Of a DNA stretch of 64,000 nucleotides, positions 1-12,245 are shown piece by piece; position 1 is the first letter of the stretch, and the number at the start of each line of letters is the position of its first letter. The notes beneath the pieces are model-generated. The model was given only the letters and a program-made list of their open reading frames with translations. It did no database searches and was not told the DNA's origin. The DNA lies in NCBI RefSeq assembly GCF_001194135.2, contig NC_068988.1, positions 4,047,249-4,111,248 of the forward strand, written 5' to 3'. A program made the translations under genes and the position numbers. Origin of the DNA: Octopus bimaculoides. Lineage: Eukaryota.

Positions 1-35
<35 letters not shown>

Positions 36-45
36 TATATACACA

Positions 46-109
<64 letters not shown>
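1..109. repeat. (TA)n/(CA)n compound microsatellite
   Basis: Directly visible dinucleotide runs. Confidence 0.98.
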
Positions 110-113
<4 letters not shown>

Positions 114-320
114 ATCAAAAAAACAGAAAAAGACAACAAGAAAAACACAACACCGCGAGGACTTGGTACATGTAAAGTATTGATGAGACACTCAGAGAAG
201 GAAAGAAAGAGTGGTTGTTTTAAATTTTGAGCAAAGCTCTTCTTCAGAAACAGGAGACATAGGAAAGTCAGAAAGAAAAGAAAAGGGAGGAAAACAATCA
301 TCAACTGTCTATGTGTTATA
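110..320 (-). mobile_element. Penelope-like element terminal-repeat remnant with degenerate hammerhead-like motif at 213-251
   Basis: Minus strand reads gttt-CTGAAGA-a-gagc ttt gctc-AAAA-ttta-aaac. Stem I (gttt/aaac) and stem II (gagc/gctc) are intact; GAAA and CGUA positions are mutated. PLE assignment rests on the published association of minimal hammerheads with PLE termini. Confidence 0.5.
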
Positions 321-342
321 TATATAGGAATATATATGTGAA

Positions 343-625
343 GGTGCATGGCTGTGTGGTTAGGGCATTAGGCTCGTAATCATTAGGTCATGTCTTCAAT
401 TCCTGGTGGCATGTTATGTCCTTGAGCAAGGCACTTTATTTCACATTGTTCCTGCCCACTCAAATGACAAAAAGAAGTTGTATGTGTAATTTAAAAAGCC
501 AACCTTGTCACATTCTGTGTCATGCTGAATTTCCCTAAGAACTAAATTAAGGGTACTTGTGTCTGTGGAGTACTTAACCACTTGCATGTTAATTCTGTTG
601 ATTGGATCAACTGAAACACTCATTG
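343..625 (+). mobile_element. tRNA-derived SINE (degenerate)
   Basis: A-box-like tggctgtgtggttag, B-box-like ttcaattcc, then tgtccttgagcaaggcactt body. Confidence 0.6.
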
Positions 626-740
626 TTCGCTCACAGGGCTTTGGTTTGCCTAAGGCTATAGTACAAATCATGCTCAAATGACCACACAACAGAATTGAAC
701 CCAAAACCATGTTGTTCAGAAGTGAAATTCTTAGCCACAT
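625..740 (-). mobile_element. SINE family A head fragment
   Basis: Similar to the better preserved copies at 39400-39560 and 52005-52165. Confidence 0.6.
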
Positions 741-855
741 AATACATATAAATGTCAATGGGAAATTAAAATGACAAAGGAAAAGAAGTTATGCCATGAA
801 CTTCATTAGTATTGGTACACCTAAATGAAATAATAACATGATATACATATCCCCC

Positions 856-1050
856 CCACACACACACACACACACAATGCTCGGTAGTTGAGCAGAGAAG
901 TCAATAAATGCAGTAGTTGTATTTGCATGTGTACATGATTTTCTTCTTCCACATTTTATATATTTTATATGTATACACACATACACACACACACATACAC
1001 ACACACACACATACACACACACGCATGCAGATACACACACACATCTGCAA
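856..1050. repeat. (CA)n/(TA)n microsatellite cluster
   Basis: Visible; explains the CVCV/HTHT ORFs at 789-1201. Confidence 0.95.
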
Positions 1051-1818
1051 AACTGTACATGCAACTGGTGGCAGTAAAAGATGTCCAGTAATGTGTATCA
1101 ATGTTGAAGTCTACACCCAAAATATTTATGTGAGCAGAACTGCACCATAAAAAGCCATATATGAGGAATTGATTTGTTTTTATCTGCGAGTTTGGTGTCA
1201 AAGAGATACCAAGATTTTCCTCCCATGAACACTCTTCACCTCATCAAATCAATAAAGTCAGTATTATTTGTGTAATAAATCATTGTGTTGTGAATGTGTT
1301 TGCTCCCTCATGTATTATGGCTGCTGTTGTTTTGTTGTTGTTGTTTTTGTTTTATTTTGTATATTTGTTTTGCATCATCGTCACCTTTTTGACAAATACC
1401 AAACTTATTAATATTGAACTGGCGGAAACAGGAGAAAGCTGAACAGGATGTCTTACAATATTTAGTTACATCTTTCTATATTCATAGCTTGACAAGCTTA
1501 AAATTTATCTTCCATCCTTTATGAACTTAGAAATCCACTGGGTTGATCCGATTGAAACTAGTCTTTGGCCTTCTCAAAAACAAACTATTAACTCTTTTCA
1601 CACCAAACCACAAGAAATCACTTCTGTTTTACAATACAAAAATCGCTGCTTTTTAAAGAGTTTGTAACTCAAATCAAAAACTTCCATCATAATCTGGTGG
1701 GAGCACAGTTAATCTAGATATTTTTGATCAATGATATATAATTAACTTAATACAAGTTGTTCAACTGAATCTAGGCTATTGGTTGATCTTCTGAAATTAA
1801 TTAAATCTTAGATATTGA

Positions 1819-1956
1819 TACATTATTTACATTAGACGGATATTTGTCATCTTGTTTGTTGTTAACACCATGTTTCGGCTGATATACCCTCCAGCCTTCT
1901 TCAGGTGTCTTGGGGAAATTTCAAACCTGGGTTCTCATTCCTAAGGTATTTTTCAA

Positions 1957-1996
<40 letters not shown>

Positions 1997-2282
1997 GTTC
2001 AGGTCACTGCTTGGAATTGAACTGCATAGTAGTTAAGAGTGCAGGTTACTAACCCCAAGATTCTGAGTTCAATTCCAAGCAGTGACCNNNNNNNNNNNNN
2101 NNNNNNNNNNNNNNNNNNNNNNNNNNNNNNNNNNNNNNNNNNNNNNNNNNNNNNNNNNNNNNNNNNNNNNNNNNNNNNNNNNNNNNNNNNNNNNNNNNNN
2201 NNNNNNNNNNNNATATCAGCTGAAATGTTGTGTTAACAACAAACAAGATGAGGACAAATATCCGTCAAATGTAAATAACGTA
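1819..2282. mobile_element. Head-to-head inverted pair of a tRNA-headed repeat carrying a hammerhead-like Penelope-type 3' end
   Basis: 1819-1886 is the reverse complement of 2213-2282 with a few substitutions and a 3-nt indel. 2002-2023 and 2066-2087 form a perfect 22-bp inverted repeat. tRNA-like head on + at 2024-2087 (tagtagttaag, gagttcaattcc). N-gap at 2088-2212. Confidence 0.75.
1864..1909 (-). ncRNA. Minimal type I hammerhead ribozyme-like motif (mutated)
   Basis: gacac-CUGAAGA-a-ggcug gaggguauau cagcc-GAAA-C-AUG-guguu. The sister copy reads GAAA-U-GUU-guguu, giving consensus GAAA-C-GUU with palindromic ACGU stem III. There is an extra A after A9. Confidence 0.55.
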
Positions 2283-2338
2283 CATAATTCCTCAACTCTC
2301 AAATATAGAACTGTGTTAGATATTGATATTAGAGTAAA

Positions 2339-2540
2339 TGATGGCAGAATAATTAGCATGAGGTGCAAAATGCTTATCAGCATTTCATCTGTCTTTACAT
2401 TCTGAGTTCAAATTCTGCTGAGGTTGACTTTGCCTTTCACCCTTTTGGAGTCGATAAAATAAGTACCAGTTGAGTACTGAGGACGATGTAATTGACAGCC
2501 CATTTCCCTGGATCTGCTAGCCTTCTACCAAAATTAGAGT
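2339..2540 (+). mobile_element. tRNA-headed SINE family B (central domain resembling Meta/Sauria-SINE)
   Basis: gagttcaaattc B-box followed by gactttgcctttcacccttttggagtcgataaaataagtaccag, shared by about 10 copies in the window. Confidence 0.75.
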
Positions 2541-3575
2541 AAATGAGAACAATGCAGCACCAGACTAAGTGCCTTTCAGTATCTGGTTTTGGGTCTAAAA
2601 GTTCTGAATTCCTCTCCCTTCAGATTTCACATGGAATCCTTAATTTCACTAATTGACATTATTAGAATCTGCTCCACTAGATATAATGTAGTCATTTCTA
2701 TTCATCAATTCTAAAACTTGGGCTTGTGACTACTTAGTTGCAAGTGATATTATTGTTGGTCTTGTTCATTGCTGTTGTCAGTTGCACACTTCATCTTTTG
2801 ACTTGCCACTATGTCTAGCAGTTCATAGGACCATGTAGAGGAAACCTCTCTATATGGTTGTGCAAACTGTTAGGTACAAACACACACATGCACTCTGCCT
2901 CCTCAACACACATAGCTCTCCATCTCTCATGTGTCTTCAGATGAGGATGTTGTGTCACCCAGATGAAATAATTTAAGATGATCAAGATTCATGGTAATGT
3001 GTATTTGTGTGATTCATAGATTACAAAATTTTCTTTTTTTTAAATTAATAGCATACTTGTTTTAATAATTTACAGATACTTATACATTTCTACCAGCATA
3101 ATTATCCTCATTGCAGACTTCACATATATGTCACTGCAGACTATTGTGGAATGGTTAGATTCACTATATATCTTACCACAAATCTTGACCATCTTATATT
3201 ACTTCATCTGGGAGACACAGCATCTTCATATCTGAAAGCACAGGAGAGATGGAGAGTTACATATGTTCAAGAGACAGGGGGGGGGGAGTGTTTATATCCA
3301 TGTCTAGACAAGCAAGGTTGTTCATTTCTAGTCTTCCATGTAAGAAATTTTCAGCCATGGGGAAATATTACCTTACGTGAAAACAGATGAGGGTCGGTGA
3401 CAGGAAGAGCACTTGGCTATAAGAAAACTGTCTCAACAAATTCCATGTAATTCATGTTAGCATGAAAAAGTAGACATTAAGTGATGATGATGATGATGAC
3501 GAGGAAGAGGAGGGTAATGGAGATGTTGATGATGATATCGAAGGAGGCCCAAGTTCTTTCACACACACACACGTA

Positions 3576-3686
3576 TACAGGAGATTGGAATGGAATGTCG
3601 TGTAGAGTTCTACAGGTTTGGCTCTTAAGAACAAGAAAGATCATCTGAAGCATTCTGAGCACTTGACGGCTTCTTGAAATCTAAGG
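3576..3686 (-). repeat. Unclassified ~110-bp repeat, copy 1
   Basis: Reverse complement closely matches 4906-5020; the ORF track shows near-identical peptides MIFLVLKSQT.CRTL.DIPFQS on opposite strands. Confidence 0.85.
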
Positions 3687-4905
3687 CTACAGGTTAATAA
3701 GTCCAATAACAATAATCATAAATCTGTATTTTCTATGGAAAAAAATAATTTGTAGTTTTTTTTTTCTGTATAGGTTATTTGAAAACAATAATATATAGAA
3801 TTGTTATGGTGCAAAAAATGTGCGTGTGTGTGTGTGTAAAACAGATATAACACATATAGAAATGTTTTTTATCATAATGATTTTAACAACTGAACAAATC
3901 AGGTGATTAGATTATAATTGGGAAATATTAAATATTTGACTTAAAAAAGGAAGGTTTCTTGAAGATAATTTGGACAAATTAAATATATTAATGAAGACAC
4001 TGCTTTGAAAAGTAGCTGAGAAAACTGTCATTCTATTGCACTAATGGTAATTGCCTCTGAAATGTTGCATTTTAAGTGGAATACCTCTTTTAACTCTTTA
4101 AACTTTCTTCCGTTAAGTCTGTTTTATGATGTCTTTGATGTAGAATATTAATTGAAAGAATATTTTTTTTCACAAATCTAAATAATGCAAAAAAATTTCC
4201 ATCAAATTTTCTAAGCGCCAGATATGATGTCTATTGGAATTTACATACTTTATCCACTCAATATAATATTTAAGCCATTAGAAAATCGAAAAGAATTTCT
4301 TTTTAATTCAAAAATATTTTAAACTTGTGTTAGAAAGAAAAGAAATTTTCTTCAGGGAATTAATATAATTTGTAATGTTGGAAACTTACAGTGGGAATGT
4401 AGCTCATGCTAGAAAGAAGTAATTCTTTAATTTCAAAATGCTTTCACATAGAATTAAATAAACAGCCTCTTACTATTGACTGCAATTAGAAGTTAGTTTA
4501 TTTTAGTTTATTTTGTTTTTGAGTATCTTTGATATGTTGCAACAATTTGTATATTGCTAAATATGCAGTTTTTTTTAAAAATTATTTTAACAAAAGTGCT
4601 CCATTGTATACATAACAATAACAGTGATTGTCAAAGGATGCAGAACTGTCCCACACTGATATTGAATACATCTATGGACAAATGATTTGACAAACTGATA
4701 TCCTGTAGCAAAGAGGTTGCGTTTTAGCACGAATGGAATCCATACATCTGTGCCTAGCAGTGCTCCAGTATGACCAAAGACTTGTGAATTAATTTAATTG
4801 GTGAAAGTTCCATCATGTGTATATGTGTGAGTGTGTGAGAAAGTACTTGTACCTCCTTCGACATCATTATCATCATCACAATCACCATTACCCCCCACCA
4901 AATTA

Positions 4906-5020
4906 CCTTTAGATTTCAAGGAGCCATCAAGTGCTCAAAATCCTTCTGATGATCTTTCTTGTTCTTAAGAGCCAAACTTACTGTAGAACTCTACAGGACA
5001 TTCCATTCCAATCTCTTGTA
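4906..5020 (+). repeat. Unclassified ~110-bp repeat, copy 2
   Basis: Inverted relative to 3576-3686. Confidence 0.85.
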
Positions 5021-5379
5021 ACCATTGCCTATGCTCCTAATCAATCAATTTTCACAAGTACAACATTTACTGATTTCATATTCCAAATTCTCACAATCTC
5101 GAATTTTAAGGAATTCTGTTTTTTTTAACCTTATATCTTCTTTCTTCACAATCCTGGAATCAAATGAACATGATTAATCAATCAGTAAGCAAATTCACTT
5201 TCCCTTGTCTATTATCCCTGTTAATTTACCATTCAATTAAGAGAGAAAAGCTTCTTCTTTTTCTTCTCAATTGAACTTCTTGATTCTTGTGGTACTTGCA
5301 AAGGAGATGACCTTTGCAATACCTCTTGTGGTTATTGTTTATGCTAGTTTCAGCTGGTGTTGCTGGGATCCACAATGAA

Positions 5380-5500
5380 TGGGGTGATTGTAGCAGTGGT
5401 GGTAGCGGTGGTGTTAGTGATTGTGGTAGTGGTGGCAGTGGTAGTGATGGTGGTTGTAGTGGAAGTGGTAGTGTGGTAGTAGTGGTGGTGGTTGCTTCTG
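5380..5500. repeat. (GGT/AGT)n degenerate trinucleotide repeat
   Basis: Visible; explains the Gly/Ser/Val ORF 5314-5514. Confidence 0.9.
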
Positions 5501-8500
5501 TATTGTCGCTGTAAGATGCAGTTGCATTATATTTTTTCCTTTATTCTGGCTTCCATAGTTTCTACACCCATCACTGTCCACTTCTTACTACTAGAATCTT
5601 CCGTCCCTTAAACTTTCAGGATGCACTTTTGGCTGTATTGTACATGGGAAATTACCATAAAAAAGGAGGGAGTTTTGCAAGTCCAATCAGCACCAAAACA
5701 CTCATGGTTCAACTCTACATCTCACCATTGGACACAACTTTTGAAAATCATTTTGAAATTGTGAAACTTTTTAAGTTAATATTGGATAAATCTTCTTAAA
5801 GATTCTAAGTGCACTTTTAACCGTTTTTAATTTCATTTCTTTATTCTTTTACTTTTATGAAAAATAACTTCCCTGCACTCAAATGTACATGCACACAGTC
5901 ACACAGACAGACAGGCAGAGAGCTATGGTATTCTTCCACTACTAAAGCAGAAAGGCTGCTGAAAGAAGAGGAGACGATTTGAGGAACTATTGCTGATAGA
6001 TTAATTCATATGCCAAGATTCTAGTTACAATGGCATGGTTGGGTGATAAAAATCCCATAACCTGATTCCTTATTCTTGCATAATAGAATACTTAGAGATT
6101 ATTGAGATAGCAGTGAATTCAAGAAGGTTGCAAGTAAAAGAGTGTGATTAAGCAAAACAAAATTAAAAGTTAGGAAGAATTAAGATGAATAGAAGAATCT
6201 TTTATTGTAATAACTGGTCTCTATACCTATTTTTTTAATGATATATATAGCATTTTAACATTGCTATAAAGAAGAAAATACTACAAAAGATGTGCATGTG
6301 ATTAAAGGTAGGCAACCTACAATAAATTGCCTATTTATGGCTGGCTTTTATCTGTTTGCAAAGAATGAACATCAAAATTCCTTTTTACTACAAAATAATA
6401 CAGGGATTTAGGGAAAATACTAGGATTCAATTATGGATTAAAATGTGTAAAGTTTTAATAATGAAAGCAGTAAAGATGGTGGAGAGTAATGAGGTATAAT
6501 TAGCAGTTAATGATATCATAAAACAGGTTGTAAAGATGAGTATAAATAACTTAGGTGTAACAGAAATAGATAAGTTAAAGGAAATTTGAGGGAGGAGGAG
6601 GACTTCAGAAGATTCAAATCAGAACGAAATGGTAAAAATAAAACTCTAATCATAAAAATGTAGAGTTATCTTTTAAAGTGCAATGGAGAAAATTTAAACT
6701 GGAAATGAACCAATGGGAGAGCTTCAACATAGTCACTCAACCTGCTAGAAATAGCAACTAGGTTTTCTCAGATCACACAGGATTGTCTTAAGAAAGGAAG
6801 TTCATAATAGATAATGTAGTTTTAAATATATAAAATGATGAGATGGTCATGGTTGAAATGCTAGTATTCTTGATCAGGAACTAAACAGAGACAATGACTG
6901 GTGGTATTAGAATATTGATGTACTCAATACAAAAGAGAAGTGATTAATTTACTGGTTTGGTACAGATGCAGAAACAGTGTCCATGACTTTTGCAGACTCT
7001 TTCAGATGAGTGAGATGAGCACATTTCTCAGAAACAGTTATAAATTAAATGAAATATCTGCAGGGAAGGGATTCTGGAAGGTGGATGTCTTGGGAAGGAA
7101 AAAGTGGATATAGTGATTAGTTTTGAGTTTGGGGGTGGAGGGCATAATGTGGAATATGAGAATTGGAGAGATGAATAAAGTAAGAATGCCTGAGGGGAGG
7201 TGACATGGGATTAAAATATAAATTGATACAAATAAGAATAAGTAAATAAAACAGAACCAACTTCATAGGTTTCTGTATATATAAACATCTATAAATCTAG
7301 AAAGCGAGACTTTCATAATTTGAAGAACTAAATTTGTGCAGCTTTCAAGAGAAAATTTTAGGTTCTGCCTTATAAAAAATTCTATTTTCATATTACAAGG
7401 TAAACTTAATTTAGTAATTAATTTAACAGAATAGGATTTAAGTATTCTTTTTGCATTTGACTGTTGTAAAAACTTGAAGAAATCTGAGGTAAAAAATGAA
7501 ATAAAAATATATTATTAGATCAGATATTGATGATAATGATATTTACACCAGGTTATAAATGAGAGCAATAAAATATTGCTATCATATTTTGGACAAATAT
7601 TTGAGGAGTTCTTCCAATAATAAGAAAGTTATCTAAATTTATTTAATATTGCCATGTTAGATGTGTCAACTAAAAATGTTAGGATACGTGCAAAAACACA
7701 AAGAATAGAAAGACACATGGATTAAGTGATATTAAAATCAGCCAGAGTCACCTTTCGCTATCAAGGAGATTTTTGTGTTAACTATTTCTTGGGTTTAGAT
7801 GCTTTGTTTTTTAACATTGACAAATGTGAATTTCCTAAAGGGTAGCATCTTATAAGAGAGATTCTGGTAAAGTTTACATTCCCTGGCTCTCTCTGATCTA
7901 AAACTCTGTCTGTTTGTTAACATCCAGACAGTATATCCCAGGCAATTAGAATCTTTTTCTATACTAGTCACACTCAGTTTACTTTCTTTTTATTATAGTT
8001 ATCAGTCAAAACTGTACAAGGTGCACTCAGCCTACTTTTAATATAGTCACCACTCAAAACTGCGTAAGTTACATTCACTCAACCCATGCTTTAACAGTCA
8101 CCAGTCAAAACTCTCAACATGATTGGACAATATTTTGTAGCTGGCTCTTGATTGTCACATCACATAGAACAAAACATTCAAGATAGAATGGATGCTTTGA
8201 TTCTGTATTACTCTAAATTTTGGAAATGTATTTGAAGTGGTTAATTTACATAGGAAATGGAGAATAGATATTTCATTTTGCAGTTGGGTTACTACATTGA
8301 GTTCAGTTGGCAGTTAAAAATAGAAACAACTTATGAGAACGGCTTGGTATATGAAACAGAAAGAGATTTATGACCTCTTAACACATCACCCAACTAAAGA
8401 TCACTCTAAGTCCCTTTTCAGGATTAGGAGATATTTACAATGATGTGAGCATCACAGCAGATTTATAGATCACATGTCAATATAGAAGGAATCATCCCAA

Positions 8501-9275
8501 AATGGATGAGTCACAAGGACACACTTGTAAAAGACTGGCACCCTATCCTGGGAACTTTAGTATCATATCCACTTAATATCAACATTTAGTTTTAGTGAAT
8601 ATCTATAAAAGGAAGCAGTAATGAAATACACAAACAATTTAGATTTACAGAGCTTCAATTTTGTAGAAAACCATCATTCGAAATAAAGCATAACAGCTTT
8701 GCTTTCAGTATAGCAGACAGCATGTATCGAAGACAATAAATTATAGGTTGCTTTTCCCAAAGTACAGATGAACAACTAAAAAGCAACTTTCTTTCAACAA
8801 GGGACAGAAGTTGTCTATTTATTATCTTCAACACGACTACAATATTGAAGACAATAGAGAAAGGGAGAGAGAGAGAGAGAAAGACGTGAGGAGAAATGTT
8901 ACATGAGGTAGTTGTTTATAACTTCAGTGGCCTTCTGTTGTTCTAAAGGAAGAAATTGGCTTGTATCCATGAAGTAAGATTGATGAATGAGTGATAGGAA
9001 AGCTAGCAAAGTCAAACAAATGGAATGGAAAACATCACATTTTAGAAAGAATGAGAGACAAACAGAAGAGTAGCAAGCATTAAATTAGCTCCTGGTTTTG
9101 AACTGAATGTCACAGATATTATTTCGTTACTAACTTACTTTTTTCTTTATGCAGCAAGTGTTAAGTAAATTGTATCAGAGTGTATCAGTAGAAATGTACA
9201 GCAGATGCATTATGGATTAAGGGTAAGCTCATGTAGACTCATAATCACATTATCATATATTTATATATGTGTGTT

Positions 9276-9325
<50 letters not shown>

Positions 9326-9488
9326 TGTAGATATAGAAATATACATACATACATGCACATATACAATATACAAATGTTAATTTGTAATTGAAAGAGGAAT
9401 GCAGCATGCAGTACACGGTGTAGAGTTTAGTCATGTATTTTCCAAGATATATAATAATAGTAATAATGATGATGATAATGATGATGAC

Positions 9489-9520
<32 letters not shown>

Positions 9521-9521
<1 letters not shown>

Positions 9522-9861
9522 AATAGAGGAAGAGGAATGATGCAGGTAGAAGTGTGCTATAAGATCTCTGCAATAGTAATGAACAGGTACTTATCTAGTA
9601 CAGAGGACTGGATGCAAACATGAAAACGGTAAAAAGTCACATTCTATTGTCAAGGAAGCTTGCAAGTTCGCAAGGGAACTCAGCATTAACCCTGAATTAG
9701 ACGAAGAACCTGAAACCACTGCCACAAAACAAGCAATACAGACCAAACATACTGCAAAAACAGAACGGACAGAAACCAATTGAGGAGGGGGAGCGGTGGA
9801 GTCAGAAGCCTCTGCATGGACAGTATATACTTCGAAGTCGAAATATGCTGATGTAAACCTA
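9521..9861 (+). mobile_element. R4/Dong-clade non-LTR retrotransposon, 5' part of a 5'-truncated copy (decayed)
   Basis: Translates (with frameshifts) NRGRGMMQVEVCYK..YLSSTEDWM..HENGKKSHSIVKEACKF..RWSQKPLHGQY. GGRGL-like and KPLHGQY motifs are typical of R4/Dong post-RT regions. It starts at a (TAA)n/(TGA)n microsatellite. Confidence 0.8.
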
Positions 9862-10885
9862 GGAATCTTTGTGGTTTGCATCACCTTTTACAATTGGCTT
9901 TTAAAAAATTTTGTAAAGTATCATATAAATGTAATTTTTGATGCTGAATACGAATTTATTATTTACTTATTCCAGAAAAATTTGGCAAAAATATTACAGG
10001 TATTCAAAGTTTAATAATTTTCAGAATTTTCAGTCAATCAGAAAACAGCACGTTCACTGCCTCTTCCATCATCAGAGGTGGGGACATCGGCATGTCAAAA
10101 CATTACTAGAAATAACAGTCGAAATATTAAAATATATACAATTGAAGTTAACGTTAAAACATTCGCAAGCAAATTAAATATTTAATAGCTACAAACAAAC
10201 AAACAAACAAACAAACAGGAATTGCTAGAAATAAGAGTCAAAACATTGTTTAAACAGACATTTATTAGTTTAAAAAATTCAAGAACAAAAGTTTTCAATA
10301 CACTCAGAATTTAAAAAATAAACAAGCTGACCCTGTGCCATCAAAAATAACATCTAATTGTAGCATTTTATATATACATATGGATGGTAAATCAGATTAA
10401 TACACTTGTCAATGTTATCTAGTGGTTGTCTTTAGAGATGTGACATCGATCATCGTTTGTTACACACACACACATTCACATACCTCCCTTTTACATACAC
10501 ACACATACTCACACAGAGTTGAAGCACTCCTACTACCAGTTTGCTATCACCCCTTCCTTTCTCATTCATATGTTGTAACGGAGAAAAACACAAGAGTATT
10601 ATCATAGTTGGTTATCTTTCTCGTATCTCCTCTTTGTGTGCATGCACAGCACCTTTGGTTACTATAGAAACAGAGATTTTCACCATGGTGATGTGTAAAA
10701 TATGCACTTCTGATTGGCTAAAACACCCAAGTTCTCCAAATTTTAAAGGCTAATAACTTTTTAATTATAGATTTATAGGAAAAATGAATTTCATTTTCAC
10801 AATTAGTATACAAAACTTAATTCATGTACCAAATTTGAAAACAATTGGAACAAAATGGTAAACAGTGATAGAAACCACAGAGATC
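9862..10885. mobile_element. Non-autonomous TIR DNA transposon (about 1024 bp) nested in the R4/Dong LINE
   Basis: Imperfect TIRs ggaatctttgtggtttgcatcac (9862-9884) and gtgatagaaaccacagagatc (10865-10885); 8-bp direct repeats taaaccta (9854-9861) and tagaccta (10886-10893). Removing it restores the LINE frame ..gat gta gac cta gca aca acc.. Confidence 0.8.
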
Positions 10886-11760
10886 TAGACCTAGCAACAA
10901 CCTATCTGTGGCTGAGACGGAAAGCAGAGACTGCAGGTTTCATACTGGCAGCACAAGATCAAATCTTGCTTACAAAGAAACTACTAGGCTAACGTTCTTC
11001 AAAATGGTTCTGACCCTCAATGCAGATTCTGTGACACATTTGACAAAACAATAGACCATCTCATCTCAGGGTGTCCTGTGTTGACACCAAATGAATATAA
11101 AACCTGCCACAACAGGGTATGACAGTATTTATATTGGAAAATATGTAAACACTACAAATCAGCACTCCTTCTTACTGGTATGAACAACATCCTGAGCCAG
11201 TCATTGAAGATAAAAGTGTCACTATCCTCTGAGATTTTCAAGTCAACACTGACAGAATAATCCAGGCTAATCGACCAGACATAATTATTAAAGACAGGGA
11301 GGAAAACACTTGTAGACTAATAAATGTAAGCTTTCCCACTGATAAAAATATATCTGTCCAGGAATTTGACAAACTAAGTAAATATAAGGACCTGGAAATT
11401 GAAATACAAAAGATGTGTCATCTTAAAGCGGGAACTGTTCCTGTTATTGTAGGTGCCCTAAGTATGATAAAAAAAGAGGGATGTCAGAAACATCTAGATA
11501 AAATCCCAGGAGAACCATGTCTCAGAGAAATCCAAAAGATTGTGCTGACAAGTACTGCCCACATCCTCAGAAAAATCCTACCAATTTAAATGTCTGTGTT
11601 GTATTACATGAAGATATTTCACTACTACTCCTGCTACTCCCCCTCCCCAAGCTTTTAGTCATACTCTTACATCTCTCATCCTACACTTGCCCCAGGACAT
11701 TAGGTGTGTCTCAGCAAGAGATTGTAACAAACATGCAGATTAAAAGTAAAAAGTAATAAC
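10886..11760 (+). mobile_element. R4/Dong-clade LINE 3' part: CCHC zinc knuckle, restriction-like endonuclease and 3' UTR (decayed)
   Basis: KAETAGFILAAQDQ; CRFCDTFDKTIDHLISGC (C-X2-C-X8-H-X4-C); NRPDIIIKDREENTCRLINVSFP; KLSKYKDL; VPVIVGAL; stop at 11587-11589. Internal stops and frameshifts. Confidence 0.9.
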
Positions 11761-11914
11761 AACACTGAATGAACAATCTGGTGTGTTTATTTTACTGGCC
11801 TATCAATGTATACAGTGAGTTTCTCTGCCCTAGGTTTTGGGAAGACAATTGACAAAAAATGGAAGCAAACCTGAAAGAAGAAAAACTCACAATAATAATT
11901 ATAATAATTCTTTC

Positions 11915-12245
11915 TAATTTTGGTCATGTATTGAGAAGGGACGGGACTTGTCAATTACATTGACACCTGAAGTTGTCTGGTACTTTATTTTATCAAAATC
12001 CCAGAAGAATGAAAGGCAAATTTGATCTTGATAGGATTTGAACTCAGAATGTAAAGCGCCAAGAGAAATGCTGATTTCAAATTTTGGCACAAGGCCTGCA
12101 CTTTGGGAGCAGTGGCTAAGTCGATTACATTGAGCCCAGTACAAAGTCGACCTTAGCAGAATTTGAACTCAGAATGCAAAGACGGACAAAATGCTTAGCA
12201 GCATTTTGCCCAGCATATTAAAGATTCTGCCTGCTCGCTGCCCAA
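11915..12245 (-). mobile_element. Two adjacent SINE family B copies (second internally deleted)
   Basis: ttttggcacaaggcc..aagtcga..gacctTagcagaatttgaactcagaatg motifs occur twice. Confidence 0.7.

Noticed and set aside
2024-2087. Functional tRNA gene (also other tRNA-like SINE heads)
   Set aside because: Acceptor stem not formed and the sequence continues into a repeat body; these are SINE heads.
4940-4985. Hammerhead at CTGATGA in the 110-bp repeat (also 32895, 59965 and 52395)
   Set aside because: No GAAA in register, or no stem I/NUH.
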